From: Octopus vulgaris
Taxonomy: Eukaryota
Assembly: GCA_951406725.2 (NCBI GenBank)
Contig: OX597820.1
Span: forward strand, 21,328,001 to 21,392,000
Direction of reading: 5' to 3'
Length of the DNA: 64,000 bases
The translations under genes were made by a program, and so were the position numbers. Positions 26,563 through 40,234 of this stretch are shown in pieces (positions within the stretch are counted from its first letter, which is position 1; every line of letters begins with the position of its first letter). The notes beneath the pieces were generated by a model that searched no databases, was not told where the DNA came from, and worked only from the letters and a program-made list of their open reading frames with translations.

Positions 26563-26805
26563 TTTTGTGTGTTGTCCTGCTGGATGAAGATGAAGATTGA
26601 ACAGTTGTAGTTGTTCTGATTGTTCCATCCTCACTAGTAGAAGTAGTAGTGCGTGAGGAATGTCTGCTGCTACTTTCCTCGTTGTCAAGAGAATTAAGCA
26701 TATCATCAAGATTTTTGGTACGTCTTGCAACACGGGTAATTCTGCTCTGTTTCTGCTTAGACAAATCTAAGCCAATTGGTTTTTGCTTTATATCACCTAT
26801 GCGAT
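26563..26805 (-). CDS. unc-22: Twitchin exon: unique basic then Ser/Thr-rich linker between post-kinase Ig2 and Ig3
   Basis: ttttctttttatag acceptor, A|gtatgt donor, 243 nt, phase 1 to 1, open (RIGDIKQKPIGLDLSKQKQSRITRVARRTK...SSSSSSRTTHK). Read-through reaches TAA at 26539-26537. Confidence 0.85.
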
Positions 26806-28384
26806 CTATAAAAAGAAAATAGTTTTGCAGTATTAGTAATCAATAGAATTTTTTTAAAATTTACATATAGTTAATCGTTGTAAATAGCCCCCAATAGATC
26901 AGATTGAGCATATTTTACAAACGAAGCAAAATGTCTGGTAGTTGATTGCAAAATCAACAAGCTCTCTTTCACTCTTTTACTTGTGTCAGTCATTTGACTG
27001 TGGCCGTGCTGGAGCACCACCTTTAGTCAAGCAAATCGCCTCCAGGACTTATTCTTTGTAAGCCTAGTACTTATTCTATCGGTCTCTTTTGCCGAACCGC
27101 TAGGTTACGGGGACATAAGCACAGCAGCATCGGTTGTCAGGCGATGTTGTGGAGGGGACAAATGCAGACACACAAACATATACACACACATATATATACA
27201 CATATATGACGGGTTTCTTTCAGTTTCCATTTACCAAATCCACTCACAAGGCTTTGGGCAGCCCGAGGCTATAGTAGAAGACACTTGCCCTAGGTGCCAC
27301 ACAGTGGGACTGAACCCGGAACCATGTGGTTGGTAAGCAAGCTACTTACCACACAGCCACTCCTACACCTACAAGCTGTTTATATTAACTGGAAATTTGC
27401 TTTAGAAAAGTGATAGTAATAATTGATTCAATTATTAATAGAATAGTTCAAGACCAAAGATTGTATTTAGCAGGATTTGAATGGGGATTTTAACTTGTAT
27501 TTATATTAGATGTTGCATTTAATATAACAATTAGTCATGCCATCTTCATTTTGCTTGTTGAGACAGAAATTAGACACAGACAAGTTTTCAAAGAGAAAAG
27601 GAAATGTATATAAATGATTTTTTCCTCACAATATACTAACAAAAAAAAAATTATAATGTTTATTATGAGCAATATAATATATATAACATAATGTACAATA
27701 TAATATATATAGCTTGAAGTATATTAATGCAAAACATTAATGTCTGAATGTTTTATATTCTTTGATTTTCCCATTTAACTGAACAACAGTTATTCTGATG
27801 GTAGTTTGGAGCACTCAGATTTAAGAAGGATATCTTCGGAATTTTGTCTAATGGATGAGAAGTATCCAAATAGTTATTGAAACCATCTATAACCTCATCA
27901 TCATCATCATCCTTATCATCATCATCATCATCATTTAACGTCCGCTTTCTATGCTGGCATGGGTTGGACGGTTTGACTGAGGACTGGCAAGCCAAATGGC
28001 TGCACTGGGCTCCAATCTGATCTGGCAGCGTTTCTACAGCTGGATGCTCTTCCTAACGCCAACCACTCTGATAGTGTAGTGAGTGCTTTTATATGCCGCC
28101 GGCACGAGGCTCAGCCAAGTAGTACTAGTGACAGTCATGCTCAAATGGTGTTTTTTATGTGCCACCTGCACAAGATCCAGTCCAGTGGCACAGGCAACGA
28201 CCTCACTCAAATGTTGTTCTCCACATGCCACCAGCACAAGTGCCAGTAAGGCAACGCTAGTAACGATCACACTCAAATGGTGCAATTTTGTATATATGTA
28301 TATATATACATATACTTGCATTTGTTGAACAAAGTTTATGGAGGCAGATTTTCAAATATATAACAAATGTAAATAAATACTTAC

Positions 28385-28565
28385 TTTCAACATTCACTCG
28401 GCATGAACTCTGAACCTCTCCTAGTGAGTTTTCTGCAATACATGTGTATTTACCAGCATCAGAAAGTTCAGCTGTGTGTACTTCTAATGAACAGATTCCA
28501 TATGAATAAGTAACCATATAATGATCACCAGTCTTTATTTCTTTACCATCTTTAAGCCATGTGAC
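28385..28565 (-). CDS. unc-22: Twitchin exon: second half of post-kinase Ig2 (VTWLKDGKEI...SDAGKYTCIAENSLG...VNVE)
   Basis: tttgcag acceptor, A|gtaagt donor, 181 nt, phase 0 to 1. Confidence 0.96.
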
Positions 28566-29138
28566 CTGCAAATAATAATAATAATAATAATAATAACAGA
28601 GTGTAACTGCCATTTCAGTAGTTGTAGGAGCACCAACAACCAAGTTTGAGAAATATGTCAGAGAAATTGAAACTGATATGAGGATAAATACATACTCAAA
28701 AAAAAACTATTCTGTTGGAGACAGCAAGGATTTTTTGATTGGTACTTGGGTGTTCAGTATCTTCAATGATACCTGACATCTAAGTACCGTATCTTATAAT
28801 TCATGGAAAGAGACCCTTTGAGACCCTTGACAACATAATTAACTGCTTTCACAGAATTAACCGGAGCAAGTAAAATTGAGAGCTCCGAGAAGTAGAATTT
28901 AATAAAAGTAATAATAATCCTTTCTATTATAGGCACAAAGCCTGAAATTTGGGGTGAGGGGGCGCCAGTTGATTAGATCGACCCCAGTACACAACTGGTA
29001 CTTAATTTATCAACCCCGAAAGGATGAAAGGCAAAGTCGACTTCAGCAGAATTTGAACTCAGAACTTAGCGTTAGTTAAAATACCACTAAGCATTATTTC
29101 ATCCAGGGTGCTAATGATTCTGCCAGCTCACCACCTTC

Positions 29139-29169
<31 letters not shown>

Positions 29170-29972
29170 TTCAAAATGATTCATGAAGAATACATATTAT
29201 GTATTACACTACAAACACTTGGGTGTCTTGAGACCTAGAACTCATAAAGCTGGAACTTAAGCCAGTTTCCATGGAATAAAAGTAACTGAGATTACAATAC
29301 TCTCATCTCCACCGAATGGGATGCTGGTCCAATGTAAGGGTTAAATTCCCTGCTATTGTTGGAACTATTGGCCTGGAACAATGTGAAATGAAGTGTTTTA
29401 CATAAGAACATAACATATCACCGTCTCTAAGAATTGAAATCGTGATCTTATGGTTGTGAATGTGACACTCTAGCCACTTGACCACGTGCCTTCACCATAA
29501 CACACTATAACACATTGTTATAATTCAACCCTTTACCATTTAAACTGGCCATATCTGGCCAATTATTCTACCTGCTTTATGATTAAATCGGCCAGACCCA
29601 GGTTCTCCCACTAACCCTCCAATGTCATTCTAAAAACATACAATGACCTCACTAAAATTTCAAAGCTGTGAGATAATGCATGATTAATTCGAAACAATGT
29701 GAATAAATAAGCATTGCATTTGACAGAATAATCTGAATACTAAAAGGTTATGATTTAAACTGGCCAGATCCAACCTCTCACACCTATCCCACAATGCCAT
29801 TCTGAAAATAGATAATCACATCATCGAAATATCTAAGCTATGAGACAATGCATGATTAATTCAAAACAATGTGAATAAATATGCATTACTTTTGACAAAG
29901 TAATTTGAATGCTAAAATTTAGATAAGTTCTATTACATAAGTAGATTATTGTAGTTAAACTAGTATATTTAC

Positions 29973-30114
29973 CTTTGGATGTGGCAAAGCTGCGACTGTA
30001 CACAGAAGCTTGAATCCAATACCAAGCTGAATAATTCTTTCACGAAGATCAAAAGTAAATGAAGGAGGAATATCCTTTGGTTTCTCAACTGCTCTCTCTT
30101 GTGACACACGCTTC
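29973..30114 (-). CDS. unc-22: Twitchin exon: linker end and first half of post-kinase Ig2 (KRVSQERAVEKPKDIPPSFTFDLRERII...PHPK)
   Basis: ttcaatag acceptor, AAG|gtaaat donor, 142 nt, phase 2 to 0. The P-F-F-LR motif is typical of this twitchin/projectin Ig. Confidence 0.93.
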
Positions 30115-30340
30115 CTATTGAAGTAAAACAGAGTAATTGACTCAAAAATGTTTGTTGAATCAATATTTTTTTAAATGGAATAAAAGAAAAATAATGTTCC
30201 ATATACTAGGGAAGCTACGACCATTAGCTGTACTGTAATGATATCATTTTTATCAACGTCTGTTATACAAAATAAATATTACTTAGAAAAAATGTAACTT
30301 TGAATCATATGATGATTTCATTTATGCATACAATGCTTAA

Positions 30341-30563
30341 CCCTTTCATTACTAATCCGGCTCAAACGGCTCCTAGATCTGTTGTACAAATATCTTGTTT
30401 TCATAAGTTTTGAAATAAAATCTTCCACCAAACCTTAGTCACAATTTATGTTCCTAACACTAGCTGAATGATAACTGTAAGTTATTTTACTAAATTCTTT
30501 GTTATGTTTAAAATAATCGAAAGAAACACAGAGCATCTCAAAATAAATACAGTAACAAAAAGG
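30341..30563. mobile_element. piggyBac-type MITE
   Basis: TTAA flanks and CCCTTTCATTAC...GTAACAAAAAGG imperfect TIRs. A second copy in opposite orientation lies at ~59027-59246. Confidence 0.8.
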
Positions 30564-31776
30564 TTAAGATATTATCATGAGATTTGTCTTTCATCTAACA
30601 TGTTTTACATAATCTAGTTAAATTTTGCATTTGGTTCGTAAGATGTAAAGATGTGTGATAATAGAAAACCTGTAGCAGGTCTGGGTTTGAGAGGGTATGT
30701 CATTGATGAGGTTGTGAATGGTGATGAAAGGACTTTGACAAACTTGATTGATTGACTCAGTGATTAATTAAACAATTGATCAGTTAATTGATTAGATGTT
30801 AACTAATCAATTAATAGCAATAAAAGTGAAATAGAACCAGTGCATGTGTTTATTATTGACATAATGACCCTCCTAAGATACAGCAAAATAACTGAAATAT
30901 ATTTTAGATTAATAGCTAGAGTTATAGATAATTCATTAAGCAGATATCTCTATGTGGGGTTTTGTTTTAAAACCAGAAAATTGCTGAAAGAATGGTCACC
31001 ACAATATCTTTCTTCTGAAGTTTACTATTTTGTAAACAGTTTACTATTTTGTAAAAGATGTTTAGGACAGAAGTCTCTACCAAATATCAAACTCAATAAA
31101 ACTTAAGACATTATAAATAACCATTTTTACATTAGAGAAGAACAGAGAATAACTGTTTTTCATATCTTATTCAACCCAGAACAATTAGTGATACTTTTAT
31201 ATCCTTGGTTGTGGATATATGATTTTAATGAAGTGGGGGCAAAGCAATGTATTCACAGATGTAACTTCTGACTACCAATACATGAGACTTCAACGCCTTC
31301 TCCTCCTGTGTCTCAACAAGACATTACTCTTTACTCTTTTACTTGTTTCAGTCCTTTGACTGCGACCATGCTGGAGCACTGCCTTTAGTCAGTTGCTTTT
31401 GCCAAACTGCTAAATTACAGGGACATAAACACACCACCATCGGTTGTCAAGTGATGTTGGGGGACAAACACAGACATGCAAACATATACACACACATACA
31501 TATATACATATATACGACAGGCTTCTTTCAGTTTCTGTCTACCAGATCCACTCACAAGGCTTTGGTCAGCCTGGGGCTATAGTAGAAGATATTTGCCCAA
31601 GGTGCCACACAGTGGGACTGAACCCGGAACCATGTGGTTGGTAAGCAAGCTACTTACCACACAGCCATGTAAAATTTCTACAAATCCACCTTTTAATCAC
31701 ACAAGGGTGTTAATGTTTCAATATAATTGTAATTAGATTACAAAACAAAATTTATTTGCATGTGAAGTTGAATTAC

Positions 31777-31828
31777 CTTTTAGGTGTACTCTCACGGCTA
31801 GATGGTTGACGGCTGACTTCTCTCATTG
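31777..31828 (-). CDS. unc-22: Twitchin 52-nt exon: Ig1-Ig2 linker (PMREVSRQPSSRESTPKR)
   Basis: ttattatttcag acceptor, AG|gtaatt donor, phase 1 to 2. Needed to reconcile the phases of the neighbouring exons. Confidence 0.88.
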
Positions 31829-32018
31829 CTGAAATAATAAGAATTGGAAATTTACAGTTTATCAAGTTTCCCAGAGTATTCTAAATGTTCCAATCAAAGT
31901 TGGTGTATGTTCTTTTAAATAAACTTTTAGAATTTTTAAATTTCGTAAACCCAAAAGCAAAAATTAGTACACAAACAGATAAATAAAGAGTTTAAAATGT
32001 CAAAATAATACATATATT

Positions 32019-32088
<70 letters not shown>

Positions 32089-32872
32089 TAGCACTATGTC
32101 GGTTATGACGACAAGGGTTCAATTTGATGAGACCAATGGAACAGCCTGCTCATGAAATTAACTCCACAGACACGTGTACCCTTAAAATAGTTCTCGGGGG
32201 AGACTCAGCATGACACAGAGTGTGACAGGGCTGGTCCTTTGAAATACAGGTACATCAGAAGTAGGAAGAAAGAGTGAGAGAAAGTTGTGGTGAAAGAGTA
32301 CAGCAGGGTTCACCACCATCCCCTGCCAGAGCCTCGTGGACCTTTTAGGTGTTTTTGCTCAATAAACACTCACAACGCCTGGTCTGGGAATCAAAACCAT
32401 GATCCTACGGCTGTGAGTCTGCCACCCTAACCACTGGACCATTGCACCTCCACACACACACATACACACATATATTTCTTTCTCACCTTTTTAAAGCCTA
32501 GCCAGGCTCATGGGCCCGGTTTCCCGGTTTCTATGGCGTATGTGTTCCTCAGCTGGATGGGACGCCAGTCCATCGCAGGATTACTCATTTTTGCCAGCTG
32601 AGTGGACTGGAGCAATGTGAAATGAAGTGTTTTGCTCAAGAATACAACGCATCGCCCGGTCCAGGAATCAAAACCACAATCTTACGATCACGATGCTAAC
32701 ACCCTAACCACTAAGCTATGCACCTCCACCATATATATACACAATAATTTAAAATGCCAAGCTATTTATTTTTATATACTTTTGAAACTGATCACAGATG
32801 TTAAAATATTGAATGCAAGATTTTTGTTTTCAATTAATATATGAAACAAAATTTCGTTAAAGGTGCACTTAC

Positions 32873-33045
32873 GTTCGACTTTAAGTATAGCAACTTCTTC
32901 ACGGCTACCAAAAGAGTTTTCTGCTCTTACAACATATTCACCCTTGTCGTCAACTTTCAGTCTGCTGATCTTCAGTTCATATTCGTTGTTATTGTATTTC
33001 TGCATATGTTTTACACTCTGAGTGAGTATGGAATCTTCCTTTGCC
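32873..33045 (-). CDS. unc-22: Twitchin exon: second half of post-kinase Ig1 (AKEDSILTQSVKHMQKY...DDKGEYVVRAENSFG...KVE)
   Basis: Poly-T ctaatag acceptor, C|gtaagt donor, 173 nt, phase 2 to 1. Confidence 0.96.
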
Positions 33046-33958
33046 CTATTAGAAAAAAAAAAAATTTTAATAAATATAAATCATAATATGTTCTTTTTTG
33101 TTTGTTCCTTCTTGAGCCATGCCTGGCTCGTAAGAGCCGGTTTCCTGGTTTCCTTGGCATATATGTTCCCCACCTGGACACGACGCCGGTCCGTTGCAGG
33201 TGAACTGTAAAATGCAGGAAGAAAGAGCGAGAGAAAGTTGTGGCGAAAGAGTCAGCAGAAGTTCGCTATTACCTTCTGCCGGAGCTGCGTGGAGCTTAGG
33301 GATTTCGCTCATAAACACACACATCGCCCAGTCTGAGATTTGAACCCATGATCCCTCGACCACAAGTCCGCTGCTCTAACCACTAGGCCATGTGCCTCCA
33401 CAAATCACAATATGGGGTCATAGTAAAAGTCTGAACCCAAGATCCTATGGTTGTGAAGTGAACATCTTAACTATATAGCCATGCCCATCATCATCGTCTT
33501 TATCATCATCATCATTGCCATCATCATCGTCATCACCATCATCATCGTCGTCTTTTAAATTTGGTCTTCTTTCTTGGCATGAGTTGAATGGTTCAACAGA
33601 ATCTAATGAGCCAGAGGACTGGGTTTTGCGCCATTGTCTGCTTTGGCATGGTTTCTATGGCTGAATTTCCTTCTTAATGCCAACCGTTTTACAGAGTGTA
33701 GTGTGTACGTTTTTTGTGCTACTGGCAATATTAAGGTTGCCAGGTAACTCAATGAAAAACCACCTTTGGCAGAGTGAAGTTGTAGTTGAGAAGGAGATGT
33801 CTTTATAACAGGTGTTGAGAAGCTAATGCATGCTAACCTCTCAAGTAAGTAAAATATACCCTGTTAATTTCAGATGAGAAATTTTAATTCCTTTAAAACA
33901 ATTATAATATATAATTAATTTCACATATATAATGTAGATTATAAATTATGATACATAC

Positions 33959-34076
33959 CATGTAATAATAGGAGGTGAAACTGCAATGACTTTGCAGTCA
34001 AATTTAGCAATTTGGCCTTCACCAGCCAAAACATTACGTGGCTTACGCACAAAGCGAGGAACAGCTTCACGGCGAT
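33959..34076 (-). CDS. unc-22: Twitchin exon: first half of post-kinase Ig1 (DRREAVPRFVRKPRNVLAGEGQIAKFDCKVIAVSPPIITW)
   Basis: ttattcag acceptor, TG|gtatgt donor, 118 nt, phase 1 to 2. Confidence 0.96.
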
Positions 34077-35657
34077 CTGAATAAGACACAAATAATATTT
34101 ATGATTGCATTTTTGCTATTATATTTCATTATTGGAATTTCGTTTTTTGATTTGGTTTGCAAGATTCTTTATATGAGTCAAGACTATTGAAAAGGTTGCA
34201 AGACGCAACGAAAATTTTAGGAAAATAAAAATAAGAAATAAGTGCAAATTTTACCTGTGAGTGTAAAAGGCATAAAAATTAAAATGACTCTCCCCAGACA
34301 CAACAGATTATTGGAATTTGATATTTGTATTCTAATCATTTTCATAGTCACTCTGATATCGTAATAAACATTTATCTGAAACTTTTTATTAATATATTGT
34401 AATAGGTTCGTTTACATTCATATGAAAGAAAATATTTATAGTGCATCCTAATGGATTTATAAACATTTTGTCTCTCTTTCATATATTCTAAAAGTATGTT
34501 AGTGAATATATCTCACACGTGTAAAATGTTTATCAAGCTTTTTGTAACGTAGTATTCAGATAAATACAAGGGTGCTATGTAAATATTGTATTGGGTATGC
34601 AAATCATCATTGTTTAACGTTCGCTTTCCATGCTAGCATGGGTTGGACGATTTGACTGAGGACTGGCGAACCAGATGGCTGCACCAGGCTCCAATCTGAT
34701 CTGGCAGAGTTTCTATAGCTGGATGCCCTTCCTAACGCCAACCACTCCGAGAGTGTAGTGGGTGCCTTTACATGCCACCGGCACGAGGGCCAGTCCAGCA
34801 GCACTAGCAACGACCTCACTCGAATGTTTTTCATGTGCTACCGGCACAAGTGCCAGTAAGGTGACGCTGGTAACGATGCTTTTATGATGATTTTTATGTG
34901 CCACCGGCATGGAAGCTAGTTAGCTGCTCTGACAACGATAACGCTCAGATGGTGCTCTTAGCACTCCACTAGCATGGATGCCAGTCATCGAATTTGATTT
35001 CGATTTTGATTTCTTCTACTTTTTAATATTTCTTATTTGTCTTTTTTATTAGAATAACTGGGTTTTATAGTTTAATCACACGATGGGAAAAATATTGCAT
35101 ATTTTCAATAGTGCAGCTATTGCAGTGCACCTCAGCACTGTATGAATTAAGTTCATTATTATTATTATTACATATTTTTAATAATATTCACTATATTGCA
35201 TTCATCTTGGACAACCAATATGTACAATATTAGTAAAAGAAGCTGACCGAATGAAGTTCAATTAATATATTTCAAACTATTTTAATGAAGATTGTTCACG
35301 AATCATAATTGATTTCTTGATTTATAATTTTAACTTTATAGTTCTTCAAAATTTTATCTGGTAAAAATAATTACAACTGAATTGCTTATCAAAGATTGCT
35401 GCTTTAAATTCACTAGTATTATTTATTTTATCACGTGTGATTCAGTTTCACATTGATACAAGTGCTTTATTGCAATGGTTTTTATATAATCTAGAGATTT
35501 TTGTCAGTTTCCTGATGTAATTTTTTAGAACTTAGATATACAACATCACTGTGTGTTAATGGGACCACTGTGGAATCGCTGAAATCAGTAAAAAGGGTAA
35601 AAGTGTATGATATTAAAGTTAGATAATTGAATTTTAATCAGATAAGATGGTCCTTAC

Positions 35658-35760
35658 CAAAGTAGGTATCATATATCTGGTACTCCTTGGGTCTGTGTTT
35701 ACGCAATGAACTGAAGTTAGCAATACGACCAATGGCGGGCATTGGTTGAGGCCAATCAGC
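35658..35760 (-). CDS. unc-22: Twitchin exon: autoinhibitory tail, part 2 (ADWPQPMPAIGRIANFSSLRKHRPKEYQIYDTYF)
   Basis: ttatctag acceptor, G|gtaagg donor, 103 nt, phase 0 to 1. Diagnostic twitchin regulatory motif GRIANFSSLRKHRP. Confidence 0.97.
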
Positions 35761-36069
35761 CTAGATAAGGTGAAAAAGTGTTTATTAGTTTGAGAACATT
35801 TTTATTAGGTATAAAAATAAACAGAAATGCTAATAATTTCTATTTCAGAAAAGTTTATGTAATATTTTTAGTGCTATTTACAGCATTTACATAACAGTTT
35901 GAAAATATTACAAAAGAATTATTTTGAATTATTGTCGTTAAAATATTCTGATTAACAATAATATATTTATAATATTGAACATTAAAATGATATGTATATA
36001 CGTATGTGTATACATACAAGTATAATTGTTGTTACTTTTACTCTCTAAATATTTATGAATATATACCAC

Positions 36070-36130
<61 letters not shown>

Positions 36131-37264
36131 TGTTGTCACTTTTACTTGTAAGGCATCGATTACAAACATATACTGATTAAATATTTCATCAATAATGAAT
36201 CAGATTATTACTGTATTACTGAAAAGGCAAAGCTACTGGCACAGGACGGGTGGAGGGAACATGAAAGATATATTTTATTATTTTGTTAATGATTATACTT
36301 TACAACTTTCGAAGCCTAATCATAGAAAGCGCTAATTCATCTGATGAGAAAACAAAATTGCTTGAATAACAAAATAACCCTCTCTAGAGAAAACTAATAT
36401 ACAATAAGCATATATGAATATGTGATACAGAAATTGGGTTATGTCTAATATGCCCACGTATCTTTTATGCTATCAAATATAGCAATAATTTCTTACCCTA
36501 TGATTTTAAGAAGGAAAACTGTTAAAATGATAGGATAAATTATAAGGAAAAATGTAGTTTTATAATTTTTCCACAGCACTTTAACTGGATCATTGTGAGA
36601 CTGACTTCAAATTTTTCCAGGAATGATATCTTTTAAGAACAAAGTGTGTGAGATTTCAGTCAGCTGCTGTTCTTATGAGATGAGAAATAAATCTTGCAAC
36701 AGCTAAACTTCAAGAACACTGGGATGAACTTCAGCTAATATCACTTAATCTGCTGACTACCTTTTAGAGACAAGCATTTGGCTTAATCAATAGCCAGTTA
36801 CAAGTTTATTAAAAAAGATATATTTCACTGGATAATATTTGTTTGAAGAACAGCAATGACACTCCAGAGATTAAAATCATAAGTATATGAAATCAAGATT
36901 ATAAATCCAAATGTGGTTTGTGATATTTATATTTTTCTCAAAAGCTTCAGAGAAGTAAATAAAATAGTTTTGATGAGGGACATGAAATATATACATCTGC
37001 TTAAAGCAAGGTTGTTTTTAATATTTCATCACTGGATAATAATAGAAAAATGTGCATCTATCGAAATTATTACAAAAGTAATAATGATGATAATATTAAT
37101 AATCCTTTCTACTATTGGCACAAGGCCTGAAATTTGGGGGAAATGGGAAAAGTCGATTACATCAATCCAAGTGTTCAACTGGTACTTATATTATCGACCC
37201 CCAAAAGGATGAAAGGCAAAGTGAACTTTGGTAGAATTTGAACTAAGCACTTTGCCTGGCATGC

Positions 37265-37311
<47 letters not shown>

Positions 37312-37328
37312 TTTACATTAATACTTAC

Positions 37329-37406
37329 GTATTTTTCTTTGATCTTCTGCCTGATTTTGTTGTATCGACTTGATGGAATTCTGTGTGTAAGATTACTGTG
37401 ATCACC
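37329..37406 (-). CDS. unc-22: Twitchin exon: autoinhibitory tail, part 1 (GDHSNLTHRIPSSRYNKIRQKIKEKY)
   Basis: ttgttatag acceptor, TAC|gtaagt donor, 78 nt, phase 0 to 0. IPSSRY.KIR..IK.KY twitchin motif. Confidence 0.97.
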
Positions 37407-40234
37407 CTATAACAAGATAATTGGGTAAAAAAAAAACAAAAACAAAAGAAAACAATTGAATAAATGCACCAAATTTTCTTTTCTGTGGGCCAAAATTATA
37501 ATTTTTGTTTTTATTACAGAACTATTTTAAATGCCATACTATTGTTTGTTTCTTTATCTAGAAGCATGATTTAGTTCTTATTTTAGTCATAAAATAATAT
37601 CTTGTTGCTTATCTAATTTCAATGTATTTTCATTATTCTGCTTCAAATTAAAAGCAAAGAAATTATTTGTATCAATATCTCAATCCCATTGCTACCGTTC
37701 TTTCAGTTAGTTATGTTTGTAGTCACGATGGAACATTTCCATCATTTGGTCATCAGTTATTTCCTTTTCATTTAGTACATACACATATATAAGTACAAGA
37801 CTTATTGATAAATTAATCCAATAAATTATTTCAATGTTACTACACTATCCCATATATAGAAGCCCAAAATAATAGAAAAGTATATTAAAAACAGTCTAAA
37901 ATAGAATTACATTTCTGAAAAGGAAACAAAACATTGTAGTTATCATTTATTATTTTAAATATATATTTTGCTAAGAACAGAAACAATATATTACTTCTTA
38001 AAGACAAATAAATATATAACTTTTTTTTTCAAAGATAATTAATTAAAAAAATATGATGCTTCAGATGCATCCATCTTAAAATATATATTTTTCCAATAAC
38101 ATTAACAAAAAGAATAATAAACGAATATATAATGAAATTTGTAGAAAGTATTACAGTCTTAAGGAAAGCCAATATTTTATCATATATTTTTTGATTATGA
38201 AACAATTTAAAATCAAATACTTTGATTTTATTCTTTCCTTTCTACTCTGTATAAATATTATAAATCAACTCAGACATAAAACTACATTCAGATATATATA
38301 TATAGTTTTAAGATATTTTCATAAGTAGGCTAAAGTTCTCCAATATTCTGGAACTGGTTTAAAAGAAACTCTAGATAAATCACTAGTATATATATATATA
38401 TATGCATCCATTTGGAAATAAACATATATATTATTGAGAAACAATTATTATTATCAATAGTCAGAAATATTCTGATTCTTTTCATTGTAACTTAATATGA
38501 TGTTTGTGATGATGATGATGATGACAATATTAAAAAAGCATGATGATTCGATGGATGTCATTATGATGATGTTTTATGAAAAGACACTGGTGATAAGACA
38601 GTGATGATATAATGTTCATGTTCATCATGTTAATTATAATACCACTATTCATAATAGTGTTAGGAATTTGATCAACTAAATAACAATTTTTTTTTCTATT
38701 GGTTTTAGAAAACTGCTACATTACTAAGTTACCACTGCGGAATGACAAATATTAATGAGATTAGTAGTGACGAAGCGAACTATTGACAGGAAACATGCAG
38801 CAATTATTATTAAGTGTTCAATAATATGTGTTTTTTTTTTCGTGACATCAGTGTGCAATCAACACAAATGATACATAACTGCTGAAACAAAATTATAATT
38901 TCAATTTATATTGTCTCTAACAAACTTTAACAATTAGCAAACAAGGGTAAATCTATCCTTAACTGTCTAATTATATATCCTCCTTTTTATAGTTGTTAAT
39001 GTTAGTGCCTTATTTATTTTACAAACTAATTTTATATCACTGTTTTGTTTTCAGTAGGGTAACTGTTTCATTTATATACAAACTAAGGCAGTGGTGAAAT
39101 ACCTACTTCAAACATTAAGTATTGAATCATAGATTTGGTTATTATTTTATAGGAATCTTGTTGATTTCCAATGGCATAGAGATAGTGACTCCTATGGGTT
39201 AATAAGCATAGTTTAAACCATAACAAAATACTGGTAAATTAAGTATTTTGTTTTACTAAGAAAATTGTAACTTATCTGCATTCTTTTAACTAAACTTATA
39301 CTTGCAGTATAACATTTAAATTTTTAAATATCTATTTCAATATAGATGTGTATATATATATATAATTATGTTCAATTTATACTCAAATTTACAATGTGTA
39401 AATTCCCCAATTTGAAAACTCTTAAATTCAATCAAATTATTTTGTCATCTATATATACCGCAAGCTTCAATAATCAACCAGTAAAAATATTGATCTATAC
39501 ACTGGTAATTATGATTAACTATCATTTAAGTATAAGTTAGAGTAATGTTTAAACTTGGCATTTTTTATTTCAATATGTGTCATCATCATTCAACATCGAA
39601 ATGATTTAAGAGAAATGACAGTTTTAGAAAGTTTCAGAGAATCTATTAAGGACTTCTAAAGCATAAAATACCCAATGAAAAATAATAATAAAAAAAGCTA
39701 TTTGTTGGACATAAAAATAATTTGTCTGGACAATGATACTAATTCATAGCATTTTGCTCTTAGACATGCACAATTTCTCTCTCTCTCTATCTATCTCACA
39801 CACACATACATACACTGATATATATATATATATATATATATAACTGATATATATATATATGTTGCAGCATAAACCACATCTTTCTGTCTCAACTTGAAAA
39901 ACTGTGAAACTGCTTAAATCTTTAAATATAATAAAAAATCTTAACACTTGCTCACATACATACAAAGACATATGCATACCTCAGAGACATACATACACAC
40001 AACCACATTTACATAACTTTTCAACATGTACCTGAGAAAATTCCCATCTTAAATAACATTGTCATCACAATGAAATCATTAACAAATATAACTTTTATGA
40101 AATATTGTGTTAAGAGTTTCTGGACAGATAAGTTCAGCTTTGAACATAAAACCTTAACCCAAATAGGAATTGGATACAGAGCTACTTAAATCCATTAACT
40201 TCGATCTGATTTTTTTAAAGTAATTATTACTTAC

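Noticed and set aside
36295-36350. Possible hammerhead on the minus strand (CAGATGA...GCTTCGAAAGTTG), and CTGATGA on the plus strand
   Set aside because: Core U4 is mutated and stems I-III cannot be formed convincingly; at most a dead relic.
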